In this document: positions 52,401 to 64,000 of the stretch, one piece after another | Layout of the letters: every line of letters starts with the position of its first letter | Numbering within the stretch: the first letter of the stretch is position 1 | Assembly: GCA_040954595.2 (NCBI GenBank) | Contig: CM082577.2 | Coordinates: 17,830,303 to 17,894,302 of the forward strand | Direction of reading: 5' to 3' | Source of the DNA: Balanoglossus misakiensis | Lineage: Eukaryota; Animalia; Hemichordata | Length of the DNA: 64,000 nucleotides | Notes under the pieces: generated by a model | The model's input: only the letters and a program-made list of their open reading frames with translations | Told to the model about the DNA's origin: nothing | Databases searched by the model: none | Program-made: the position numbers and the translations under genes

Positions 52401-55400
52401 ATAAATCACATTATCATCTCTGCTCTCAGCAATGGCAGATTGTTTAAACTCATGTAACTGAGCCCACACTGAACACGGACTAATTTCACTGGTTTTCCAA
52501 TCATTTTGAATGCTGTTGTAGGTACACAGTGTATAAACTGTTCCTACATTTGTAAAGGTTGGAATTTTCAGTTTGGGTTGTTTAAGTTTTTTGTGCACAA
52601 AAGACATCTCTCCATTGATTACCACAACCTTTTGGCATTCTGGATTGTATGGAAGTTTCCTAACTTGATTCCACTTGTCTTGGTTGATGTCATATTTCTC
52701 AACTGTCAGAGTGTGTGGACAGTTACCTCTGTCAATAATGCAAACATATATGTTAGACATATGAACATAATTGTGACACATGCAAGCAACTTTCAGGAAG
52801 CACAACATTTGTCACAGGTAATATATGGACCATATTTCTATCAGTCAGCTTTTGAAGAACATGAAATGAAAGGTTCAATTCATTTTTGATAACTTTAATT
52901 CTCATGTTAATATCAACACATTAATATCAAAATGGGGCTTGTCGTCAAATATGTCAAAATTATTTAAGTTACAGAAACGTGCAGCACGTTAGATTTTTGA
53001 TGTTTCAGGCAGGCACTCATCGAAATCTCTTTTTAGGTCTCTTCGTTGGTTACCATTAACTGATCTTGTCCATTTTCGTATAGCTACTCTAGTTTTTAAA
53101 TCACTTAACAATTTAGCACCTGTATATATGAGAGACATGTTTACATATACTAGAGATATACATTCAATTAAAACCAGATCAGCATTTGCCAACAATCTGT
53201 ATATCCGGGCAGGACCTGGAGCACACAAGGTGGTATTTAAAAACAGTCTACCTATTGCAGGAGCACGTGTGTGGAATAATTTACAACAGGAAATTAGGCA
53301 ATCAGATAGTATCAACATTTTTAAACACAGATATTTAAAGAAATTTTTAAATGAATTTTAACTACTTTTAATTATGATTGCATTTGTATATAGTTTGTTG
53401 TAAGTCTTTGTCGATGTTTTGTCTAGTTGTGTATGTATCTTTTTTGAGGGCCATGGGGAAGATAAATTAACACAGTCTCCAAAAAGATAGCCTTAAAGGC
53501 TGACAATGACGCATGTGTGAAATTTCGTACATACAAATTGTATAGACATTCCATCCAATCCAAATGTTCTGCACATTTTCAATAAGTGGACTGCCTGCCA
53601 ATACTTCCATTCCATGCGCACCGTATAAAGTAGACTTAAGTTTTTTCCCCTTTTTTCTGTTTCATTACTGTTTGTATGATTGATATCATGATGTTGTAAA
53701 GCCAAACACTGATTCTCAGACTGAATGCAGAGTTCTGCCCATGCCGAAGAGTGGAGGATGGCGCTGCCAGCAATCCAGTTAAAAAGCCAGAAAACATTAG
53801 GCTGCCAACAGCCTGGCACTATTGGGGTTAGCCTAATTCAAGATTCACGTTTCAAGTTTCACGTTCCCTGGCCCAAGATTCAGCAGTGAACTTGGATTCA
53901 CGATTCACTTCCAACACTAAACTTATATTCTGATTCAGATTCGAGTCTTGTCTAATATGTTTATGCTGCCGTAACCAGGGGTGCGTACGATTGTTTATTG
54001 TCCTCGATCCCCGCCCAAGCAAGGTTCCCCAAATATTCTGTTCGATTATCGTGTGACGTCATTGTCGGGTATCTCTTCAAGTTCAGTTTCAACAACATTT
54101 TTCAAAGAGAGATGCACCCTATTTATTATTTTCTAACACATGAATGACCCTAGGCCTGAGATCGCACCATGGCCGGCAATCTCGGTATTCACAGATACCT
54201 TTAAGCGTAATTCTGATATAATTGATAGGTTTAGGGTCCGGGTATATTCTACAACCGATAACTAAAGCAAAAGGACTAATTCCTATATTCTGAATCAAGT
54301 GAATGCAATGTAGACGGCGAAAGGACGTGACAAGACTCGAATCTGAATCAGAATATAAGTTTAGTGTTGGAAGTGAATCGTGAATCCAAGTTCACCGCTG
54401 AATCTTGGGCCATGAAACTTGAAATGAGAATCTTGAATTAGGCTAACCCGCACTATTGTGTACTCAATCCAGTCTACTGTCTCATTTTGATACATTGATG
54501 AATGGGTATGACTTACATCACACATGAATATTAATGAGTATAAATATTAATGAGTTGACACAGGCCCTCAAGTCAAGCTGGGCAGATTCCTGTGAACGGT
54601 ATTCTCCATGAATGAAATTCTCCATCAACAGCATTTTCCATGTTGCTTTGGAAAGTGCACTCTGGCAATACTCACCCAGTTCGTGATTGCAAATAGCCTC
54701 CAAGCACATAGATTGATGATGCTGGTAGTCTTGGTCCAATCAGATGACTTGATACTCCAAGTAATCTCCTTGATATTGCCTCTTCAATCATTCCACAACA
54801 TTCTGTAGAATCAGACAGAGATGCAGTATGCAGAAATGCCAATTTAAGACACAATTATGTATAAAGGCTGTGTTGACAAATCGAATGCTGGGACAATATG
54901 CTTCCATTGGTACAATGAACCACAAGAATTCTCCACAGTTCCACTACACCATGGTTTAGAGCTGTTCACTTAGTCATTAAAGCCCCCGTGAGCTGTTCAC
55001 TTAGTCATTAAAGCCCCAAGAGCTGTTCACTTAGTCATCAAAGCCCCCGTGAGCTGTTCACTTAGTCATTAAAGCCCCAAGAGCTGTTCACTTAGTCATT
55101 AAAGCCCCAAGAGCTGTTCACTTAGTCATTAAAGCCCCAAGAGCTGTTCACTTAGTCATTAAAGCCCCGAGAGCTGTTCACTTACATGTAGTCATTAAAG
55201 CCCCGAGAGCTGTTCACTTACATGTAGTCATTAAAGCCCCGAGAGCTGTTCACTTACATGTAGTCATTAAAGCCCCGAGAGCTGTTCACTTACATGTAGT
55301 CATTAAAGCCCCAAGAGCTGTTCACTTAGTCATTAAAGCCCCAAGAGCTGTTCACTTAGTCATTAAAGCCCCAAGAGCTGTTCACTTAGTCATTAAAGCC

Positions 55401-58400
55401 CCGAGAGCTGTTCACTTAGTCATTAAAGCCCCGAGAGCTGTTCACTTAGTCATTAAAGCCCCGAGAGCTGTTCACTTAGTCATTAAAGCCCCCGTGAGCT
55501 GTTCACTTAGTCATTAAAGCCCCAAGAGCTGTTCACTTAGTCATCAAAGCCCCCGTGAGCTGTTCACTTAGTCATTAAAGCCCCAAGAGCTGTTCACTTA
55601 GTCATTAAAGCCCCAAGAGCTGTTCACTTAGTCATTAAAGCCCCAAGAGCTGTTCACTTAGTCATTAAAGCCCCGAGAGCTGTTCACTTACATGTAGTCA
55701 TTAAAGCCCCGAGAGCTGTTCACTTACATGTAGTCATTAAAGCCCCGAGAGCTGTTCACTTACATGTAGTCATTAAAGCCCCAAGAGCTGTTCACTTAGT
55801 CATTAAAGCCCCAAGAGCTGTTCACTTAGTCATTAAAGCCCCGAGAGCTGTTCACTTACATGTAGTCATTAAAGCCCCAAGAGCTGTTCACTTAGTCATT
55901 AAAGCCCCGAGAGCTGTTCACTTACATGTAGTCATTAAAGCCCCGAGAGCTGTTCACTTACATGTAGTCATTAAAGCCCCAAGAGCTGTTCACTTAGTCA
56001 TTAAAGCCCCAAGAGCTGTTCACTTAGTCATTAAAGCCCCAAGAGCTGTTCACTTAGTCATTAAAGCCCCGAGAGCTGTTCACTTACATGTAGTCATTAA
56101 AGCCCCGAGAGCTGTTCACTTACATGTAGTCATTAAAGCCCCGAGAGCTGTTCACTTACATGTAGTCATTAAAGCCCCGAGAGCTGTTCACTTACATGTA
56201 GTCATTAAAGCCCCAAGAGCTGTTCACTTAGTCATTAAAGCCCCAAGAGCTGTTCACTTAGTCATTAAAGCCCCGAGAGCTGTTCACTTAGTCATTAAAG
56301 CCCCGAGAGCTGTTCACTTAGTCATTAAAGCCCCGAGAGCTGTTCACTTCGTCATTAAAGCCCCGAGAGCTGTTCACTTAGTCATTAAAGCCCCCGTGAG
56401 CTGTTCACTTAGTCATTAAAGCCCCAAGAGCTGTTCACTTAGTCATCAAAGCCCCCGTGAGCTGTTCACTTAGTCATTAAAGCCCCAAGAGCTGTTCACT
56501 TAGTCATTAAAGCCCCAAGAGCTGTTCACTTAGTCATTAAAGCCCCAAGAGCTGTTCACTTAGTCATTAAAGCCCCGAGAGCTGTTCACTTACATGTAGT
56601 CATTAAAGCCCCGAGAGCTGTTCACTTACATGTAGTCATTAAAGCCCCGAGAGCTGTTCACTTACATGTAGTCATTAAAGCCCCGAGAGCTGTTCACTTA
56701 CATGTAGTCATTAAAGCCCCAAGAGCTGTTCACTTAGTCATTAAAGCCCCAAGAGCTGTTCACTTAGTCATTAAAGCCCCAAGAGCTGTTCACTTAGTCA
56801 TTAAAGCCCCGAGAGCTGTTCACTTAGTCATTAAAGCCCCGAGAGCTGTTCACTTAGTCATTAAAGCCCCGAGAGCTGTTCACTTAGTCATTAAAGCCCC
56901 GAGAGCTGTTCACTTAGTCATTAAAGCCCCGAGAGCTGTTCACTTAGTCATTAAAGCCCCGAGAGCTGTTCACTTAGGCATCAAAGCCCCCGTGAGCTGT
57001 TCACTTAGTCATCAAAGCCCCCAAGAGCTGTTCACTTAGTCATCAAAGCCCCAAGAGCTGTTCACTTAGTCATCAAAGCCCCAAGAGCTGTTCACTTAGT
57101 CATCAAAGCCCCATGAGCTGTTCACTTAGTCATCAAAGCCCCAAGAGCTGTTCACTTAGTCATCAAAGCCCCAAGAGCTGTTCACTTAGTCATCAAAGCC
57201 CCAAGAGCTGTTCACTTAGTCATCAAAGCCCCAAGAGCTGTTCACTTAGTCATTAAAGCCCCAAGAGCTGTTCACTTAGTCATTAAAGCGCCATGAGCTG
57301 TTCACTTAGTCATTAAAGCCCCCGTGAGCTAGCTGCCAAATTTCTCATGTTTTCCCACAATAAAATACTTCAAATATATTCCCTATCACCTAAAATCTTC
57401 ACCATTAAGCCAAATTTCTTGCATTTGCATCAGTTTGCCATCTTTTGGCAATGCATACCACGATAGCTGCATACTGTTTGTGTGGAGGCTGATTAACCCT
57501 TAAAGCCCCAGTATTTCTCGTAGGGGCAAAATTTTGTTTGAAACGGCATCTATAATTTCTAAAAGTAGATGATAATTGATACTGAATCGAACAGTCATCA
57601 TCCCCAGCTCTGCTCATAAACTCATACAATTTACAATATAACGAGTGAAGAATGACTTTCTGTCCGGACAGAAAGTCACGTGAGTGTTGACACACGTGAC
57701 TAGTGCGCATGCGCACTCAAATGTGAATCTATGCGGAAGAGGTTTGGTCGCCCCAAATCAAGCGACTCAGCGAAGAAATGCGCACTAATTCGGCGAAATT
57801 TTGGGAAGATAACTTTATGGGAGAAATCAGTCGATGGAACCAGATCAAATCCGAAAATGGTCTGACCATCAAAATGTCAAAGTGGCACGTTTGCTGATCG
57901 ACATGTACAACATTTCCGTTGTAAACAAACCCGCGCATCATTTCAAGTGTTACGGGCAATATTTACAGCTTGCACGTAGCTACAGTTGCCCAAACCTTTC
58001 TTCTATCTTCACTATGTAGTATTCCATGATGAATGTACAGGAAAAACGGGCATTTTTCGATGATGAAAAATGGATACACACGAGAAATACTGGGGCTTTA
58101 AAGTGCTTTAAAATTCTAAGGTACACGACCCCCCAGGCCCAGGACTTTTTGCAAGTAACAACGAAATCTCGATGTCCCAAAATATTTTGCTCTAACTTCA
58201 CAGAATTTCAAACAAAAGTCAAAGGAGTGACATTTTAAGATACAAAGGTATAAATATAAGTATGTAGACACACTGTCGAAAACACGGTCGCGCGCGTTCG
58301 ACTGACCGCGACCGTGCGCGTACATCGCGTCCACAGCTCAATGCAGTTGGCTGGGTCCCGAGATCGCGCGCGACCACCCGCTCTCGACATCGGCTCCAAA

Positions 58401-61400
58401 GTCGTTGTCACGGTCGGTATTGCTAATGGCCTTGATCGGTATAAAATTGTAGTCAATGAAACCCCAAAAATCGTAATCATTGTTGAAGTCGCTGTCATGA
58501 AAATGTCCAGTGAAAAATTTGCTGTCTTCCGGGTTTACAAAGCAAAGGAAGGATGCATACTGTCAAAGGTCACGTAATTAGGTCATGTCGATAACACGAT
58601 CGTTTTTCTCTGGAACATTCGACTGACATCATTTCCCGCCCAGAATAAATTAATTTATAATGAGTTTCATTCATCTATGACCCGAGTACGTCATTATTTT
58701 TACCATATATAGCACGAACTACAGATAAGCCTCGCCTATACATCGACATGGCCAGACAATGCGGAAGTACCTGTCGTTCTATACACCGACGCGGCGCTTT
58801 GAGGGTTAAATCGGTGTGGCACTGTGACCATTTTAATACATGCAGTCACAATCGGGCATTGATAAGGTGTTTATGTATACCCATCAGTAAGCTTGGATGG
58901 ACCAATTTAAGTTGGAAAATAAAATCAGTCTGTACTGTTTATTAATTGAGCAGCTAACAGGTCTGGTAAATATAAACGTACTCGCCCACAACTGACTGCA
59001 TCAGAACAAAATTGTAAGCTAGCCCAGAAAACTATGCATCAGATAAAACATTTTCTTGGAAATTCAACACTGCAATGAGATCAAACCCTCTGTGGCAGTG
59101 GAAATGCATCATCGGGGGCAAGTTCCCGGTCCCGCTAGTGGTAGCGTTGTGTGCGTGCATGTATTCACTGTGTACGTGAAGCGGTATCTCAAGAAGACAC
59201 GGCGTGAATTGTGTACACCTACGTGTATACTCAGATTCTCTGATTTGTTCTAAAACATGTCACAGTAAAATCACAGCGAGGTTAAGAACTTCATCTCTGT
59301 AGAATTCTACAATGATCGACTCATGCTGATGTTTCAAGTCTGACTTCACTCTGTGATTTTACACTGCTTGCCACTGAGCCGGGTTCAAGTCGCCTGTACA
59401 GCCAAATCCAATCTTAGCGTAAAGGGCAAAAACATATTTCACAGTATTCTTCAAGCCATGTGTGGTCATTGTTTGAGTTACATATCAATTTGAAAAGAGA
59501 GAATTTGTACTTAAGCTATATTTCTTTCATTTGCATCAGGTTGTCATCTCTTGGCGACCCATACCACAATAGTTCTGTACTCTTTGTATGGAGACTGATT
59601 AAAGGGGTGCAGCACCTGTTTAATATCACTTGTTCAAATTGCTCCATCAGCCAGAATCGGGCATCGATAAGATGTTCATGTACCTATCAGTATGCTTATT
59701 TAGATGGACCAATCTAAGTTGGAAAGTAAAATCATTAAAAAAATGCACAAAGTGGCAGCTCTTGGGGCTTTAATACACTCTATATCTTGTATATTACCTG
59801 GACTTTCTTTGATGTATTTGTCGTGTACCACTTGTTTCAACAGTTCAGAGGACACCAAGTGGAGACGAACTTGTTTCAGAATACGTTCCATGTGTGCACC
59901 TCTTGAAGATGGGTCATACTTGAACCATGTCATAACACCTTCTAATACAATATTCTCATTCTTTGTACCTATTGATGTCACACAGGCAAAACATAAATTA
60001 ATATGTTAGATAACCATGACCTACCCACAGATGAATGGGAGGTGAGAGTCTTGCACAGTATGTTTCACATTTTGAGACGGCAACCTTTAACCACGCCCCC
60101 CCCCCCCCCCCCCCCCCCTGTACTTTTAGAGCTGGCAACTTAGTTCACTCTACTCGGAAGCACTCTTATTTGCAAGAATGCTTGTTTGCACAATCACTTG
60201 TTTGCACAATCACCAGACTCATTACCTTTGGAAAGAACAACTTCATTGCTTTGAATCTTACACTTTCTTTCAACAATCACAGAGTTATAAACATATGCAA
60301 TCAATTACATTGTCCCCATTGACTGAACAGCAAGTTGAGATTAAAGCTGCAAGCAGCATTGAAGGGGCCCAAGCATAGAGTTAATAACCATTAGACTCCA
60401 TTCAGGGTTGTACCATTCAAATGCGTAGGCTGTATTTGCTCTGGATATATAGATATGGGGAAGTAGGCAACCACCCGAAATGGATGTCTTACAAGTACAA
60501 ACACAACAACCAAAGGTGAACTTCTACGTTGTAAGTACTTCAGTAAGTATACTTCAAAGGTCAGCTGAGGGTACCCAAAAATTGGGCCAAAAATTAGGAT
60601 TTTATTTGGTTCATATTCAAGACAACGGAAAATCCTCGCTGTTTGGGTTTGTCAAATTAGATATGGCCATAATAATGAGTTACGCGAGTAAGTTACAGGT
60701 GGCCCCAGGAATTTAGCATTTCATGACGCAGAGGGTCCTACCCTACCCTTCCAAACACCTGGCTATATATGATGTGCATGCTAACATATGGAAAGCAGGT
60801 CAATGGACACCTGAGGTCACCCAAAAATTTGACAAAAAATTTCATTCCTGTTTATGTCATGTGCAACAAATCCTACATTTGCAGCCCTTTCACTTTGCCT
60901 ACCATTAGGTATGCACGTAATACATGAATCAAGCAGGTGTCGCAGGTATCCCCCTGTATTTGACATTTCATGATAGTTTCATCCCTCCAAATACCAAAGC
61001 TGCACCTGTACAACGGGCTGAGATATGGCACTGTACGACAGAGGTCATCCAAATCAACTTATACATTTGGGCAAAAACAAACTGACACTTACATTCGTCC
61101 CTGTGGAACAAAAACCACACACATTGTCCTGCTGGTTAGTGTCCAATTAAATGTACATACAAAATCAATGACTTAGGCAGGTGCAACAGGGGACCCCTTT
61201 GGTATATCATTATGGTCCCATCCGTATATGCCCCCCCCCCCCACCCCAAACGCCAAAGCTGCATGCATCTGCTGTGGATGCTCACTAAGCAAAAGTAGGT
61301 GAAATGTCACATAAGGTCGCCCATAACTTGACAGGAAAATCGGACTTCATATTGATCCATGTGCAACAAATACCACGCTAGCATCCCTTTCATTGACTCC

Positions 61401-63916
61401 ACAATTAAGCATGCACATAATTGAGTTACGCAGGTGTCACAGGTGACCCCCGAATCGGGCGTATTACTAGTATTTTGGTCCCATACAGCTGCATGAAGCT
61501 GCGTGCCATTACGGGCGACCTGATAACCCCGACCGGCCACCTGTGGGCCGACCCCCATACTGAACGTCCAGTTCCAACGTCACGACTGAAGTAGGAACTT
61601 TTGAACGGCAACGAAGCCTGATCTCTGATTATTGCTGGTACCATACTCCCTTCGTGCAAGAAAATCATTGGTCTGCTGATGTATTCCGGCCACATTAGCG
61701 ACTGAGGGTCAAAGTCCGCCGCCGCATTACATTGAATGTTAACCAGTGTAGCCGGGTCTGGATAGAAACATTTGAACGGCATTAGCTAACAAACTCAGCG
61801 TAATTCAATAAAACGCCCTAACACAGCCTGAACTCCGATAATGTGTTGTCCCAAAATTCATTCCGTGGAAAATAATCACTGGTCAGTTTACGTATTTCAG
61901 CCGATTTTCCAAGGACTACTGCAACCCGCCAGAAGTGAGTAGCCTGCTAATGAGATCTCCACAACATTACGTAATGACGGTCAAAGTCCGATGCTTCAGT
62001 GTCCGTCCTCAGCCCACCAAAAAATGCGAAAAATATTACAAAAATCTTCTTCTCAAAATCGACAGGGCCTAGGACCTTGAAATTTGGCACAGGGGATTTT
62101 GGCCACATGGTCTACAAAAATCGCGAAAAGAATGTACATGCCCCCATTAACGTGCAAATTAGGTCAATTTGAAAATTTCGCTCGATTATAGCCACCAAGT
62201 CACGTGACTAATTACAAATTCAAAGGGCAGGTGCACCAGTACTCATGGGCCCCAACCATCGTGCCAAATTTCAAGGTCCTAGGCCACGTCGATTTTGAGA
62301 AAAACGGGAGCAAAAAAACGACTCAAGAAGAAAGAAGAAAAACTCCAGCAATAACAGAAGGGGACCAAGCGCCTGAGGGCGCTTGGTCCCCTAAAAATGC
62401 TTTTTGTGGATATGATATCGTGGAACGAATCAGTCCAGTCAGGGTATATACCTTACAGGAAAATTTCAATACAAAAACAATGATAACCTCATATCAGAAG
62501 TAGACAAGGAAACAACAACCATAATACTTGCCTAAATTTAGATCATCAAATGCAAGGACTTTTTGTAAAGTATTCTCTTCCACTGTAAGGAACTCTTCTT
62601 GTTTCACTATGATTGGAAATTGAGACTTCAACAAATATGTGGTCTTGCTATATATCTGTGTTAAGTTGTGAAGATCAGAAAACATCCAGATACCTGCAGT
62701 ACAGATATATAAAAAATTTGCCAGGGAATTAAACTGCTGATTGCAATTGTTATATTCAAAAGTGACAATTATATCAGTAACAGCTGGCCTCATACTAATC
62801 AATATGTTAAAGGCCAACGATGGTCTTGTGCGCACTGTATAAGTAGACTTTTAGTTGTCCCTTTTTTCACCTAATTTGCTGTCTTTTCCCGATATCTGAC
62901 ACAAACTATGGTTGCCACCATCTTGTCTGCTGTTCATAGGACAGCACACTGTCTTACGGCATTGTCTGTATATAATTATTTTAAACCAGTGTCTCTGGTT
63001 TGGCACATGCGATTGTCGCCCTTAAGAATTGCTGATCAATAAATAACTGTAGGACTGAACTCAGCATGCGCATATCTCTACAAATTCTACCAAGCTGATC
63101 AAAGATTACATTCGTCCTATGAAGTCTAAAAAGTTAGACGATACATAAATAAGCCACATTCACAGAAACAGTGTTCCACCCAGGACGGCATCAGCAGGGG
63201 GGAGGGGATATGTCCCCCATTGCCAGAATATCTATAAAGAAATTGGGGGGGGGGGGATTCCACAACGGTAAGGGGGGGATGTAATATCTCCAAACATGTT
63301 AATAGGGAATGACCCCCCCCCCCCCCCCCCCCCCCCCGTCTAGATGAATCACTGAATTAACTTACAGCTTTAAAGAGGAGAAAAAGTATTAGCTCACTGA
63401 CATAATTAATCCACCTTGCCCTCATTTGTCTTGATATTACTTACCGAGGCAGTTGGAAACATCAATATACTGTTGCAGAGAATGACAACAAATGTCTTTA
63501 GCTTCCTCCATTTGTAACATACAAGCGGCATTCAGCAAATCTTGAATAACATCTTTGTTGACTGCTAAAATCCCTGTATACATGAATTCCACCAGCTTTT
63601 CTAAGGAGTTGAAGTCTATCTCTTTGATTTCAATTTCCTTCGTTCTACTTTCCACCATTCCAGCAGTAAACATTGCCCTGAAGTATTCACTATGAACAGC
63701 TAGGACATTTCTGTGAGCCTGTAGACTACAGTCGTCAACTTTAAGTGTCACATCACACAACAAGCCTTGTTTACGAAATTCATTCTGACCAAGGAGGGTC
63801 TTCTTGGCAATGTGATTTGTACCAACAAACCTTGTTCTGTCTTTGATGTCATTAACAGTACAAGTGTAATGTTGAAAACAAAATGTTTTGGGCTTTTGTT
63901 TCTTCTTTGTTGCCAT
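46493..63916 (-). CDS. Kelch-like BTB-BACK-Kelch protein (620 aa), putative Cullin-3 adaptor
   Basis: Exons (-) 63916-63445, 62693-62532, 59968-59798, 54802-54676, 52728-52294, 50892-50702, 49271-49107 and 46632-46493 (1863 nt, in frame). BTB domain LCDVTLKV..AHRNVLAVHSEYFRAMFT, BACK domain, kelch motifs IYVLGG, IYVCGG, LYVIGG and IYAIGG x2. There is an in-frame stop upstream of the ATG, and an acceptor at 63978 implies an upstream UTR exon outside the window. Confidence 0.92.
46816..48246 (-). mobile_element. Family E Helentron-like element (long form)
   Basis: Highly similar reverse complement of 34727-36055, with an extra internal segment at about 47525-47670. Confidence 0.85.
51005..51629. 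mobile_element. Tc1/mariner-like element L nested in a family K MITE
   Basis: TIR CCGGGGTTT(T/A)CTGAGAGTTCGCCCA with TA flanks; the two halves of K (50958-51004 and 51632-51668) rejoin to match 37551-37646. Confidence 0.85.
52933..53470 (+). mobile_element. 5'-truncated LINE (L2/Crack/Daphne-like) ORF2 end plus 3' UTR
   Basis: Single frame 52933-53361: WGLSSNMSKLFKLQKRAAR*IF...LRWLPL...LVFKSLNNLAPVYM...GARVWNNLQQEIRQSDSINIFK, with one internal stop. Confidence 0.85.
53825..54449. mobile_element. Mutator-like non-autonomous element
   Basis: ~125-bp TIR starting GGGTTAGCCTAATTCAAGATTC; 9-bp TSD GCACTATTG (53816-53824, 54450-54458). Confidence 0.9.
54958..57330 (+). repeat. Minisatellite, roughly 75 units of 30/31/36 bp
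   Basis: Unit GAGCTGTTCACTTAGTCATTAAAGCCCC(A/G)A; variants CCCCCGT, CATCAAA and +CATGTA. Confidence 0.97.
57497..58805 (-). mobile_element. Family B piggyBac-like copy 2
   Basis: Reverse complement of 43328-44069; TTAA at 57493-57496 and 58806-58809. Confidence 0.85.
57504..58097 (+). mobile_element. Family A copy 3, inserted in the TIR of B
   Basis: Perfect TIRs; TTAA at 57500-57503 and 58098-58101; 9-bp deletion relative to copies 1 and 2. Confidence 0.9.
59510..59773 (+). mobile_element. Family C right-hand fragment with intact terminus
   Basis: Ends AAAGTGGCAGCTCTTGGGGCT-TTAA. Confidence 0.7.
60340..62396 (-). mobile_element. Helentron/DINE-like element J (about 2 kb)
   Basis: The minus strand starts TTAGGGGACCAAGCGCCCTCAGGCGCTTGGTCCCC (hairpin), continues with a CTT-rich tract and ends GCTTGGGCCCCTTCAATGCTGCTTGCAGCTTTAAT (subTIR plus hairpin). 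Confidence 0.7.
62811..63021. mobile_element. Internally deleted copy of the 45148-45473 MITE
   Basis: TTAA-AGGCCAACGATGGTCTTGTGCGCA...GGCACATGCGATTGTCGCCC-TTAA; shared interior CCACCATCTTGTCTG. Confidence 0.7.
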
Positions 63917-64000
63917 GCTATGTCTACTTGTATGCTGGTCCCTGTGTGACTGATCACTATGTCTGCTTCTCCATTATCTATAATAAAAAAAAATAAAGGA

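Larger units (their letters stand above)
57317..58928 (+). mobile_element. Family C copy split by nested B and A insertions
   Basis: 57317-57496 and 58806-58928 rejoin at TTAA to match 25440-25762. Confidence 0.75.

Noticed and set aside
54958-57330. CRISPR-like 30-36-bp periodicity
   Set aside because: No unique spacers and no cas genes; it lies in a eukaryotic intron and is a head-to-tail minisatellite.
59086-59400. Imperfect hairpins and a B-box-like GGTTCAAGTC suggesting a tRNA or SINE
   Set aside because: No A box or cloverleaf could be built.
63169-63354. Possible hAT-like MITE (CAGTG...CACTG with G/C runs)
   Set aside because: The TIR is degenerate, with no matching TSD or second copy.

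Overview
AT-rich, intron-containing animal genomic DNA; the gene and repeat content suggests a marine invertebrate, possibly a non-vertebrate deuterostome (inference). There are no prokaryotic features. I reconstructed four spliced genes by hand: the last 4 coding exons of a Rho GDP-dissociation inhibitor (+), a complete 10-exon protein disulfide-isomerase P4HB/PDIA1 (+, 504 aa, two CGHC sites, KDEL), a 9-exon TXNDC11 (+, about 755 aa, ending right after its CGYC domain) and an 8-exon BTB-BACK-Kelch gene (-, 620 aa, one GC-AG intron). Introns and intergenic DNA are packed with non-autonomous transposons (Kolobok-, piggyBac-, Tc1/mariner-, Mutator-, Harbinger-, Sola-, Crypton- and Helentron-like, plus LINE fragments), several of them nested. 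The most notable observations are: a RhoGDI-PDI-TXNDC11 tandem cluster with ER-stress-type promoter motifs; a 2.4-kb minisatellite born from a transposon/flank junction that carries amplified TA>TACATGTA footprint-like variants; a three-level transposon nest; and a C-terminally short TXNDC11 with a transposon inserted 6 nt after its stop. Almost all short ORFs in the supplied track are spurious or partial exons. Superfamily labels rest on termini and TSDs only.
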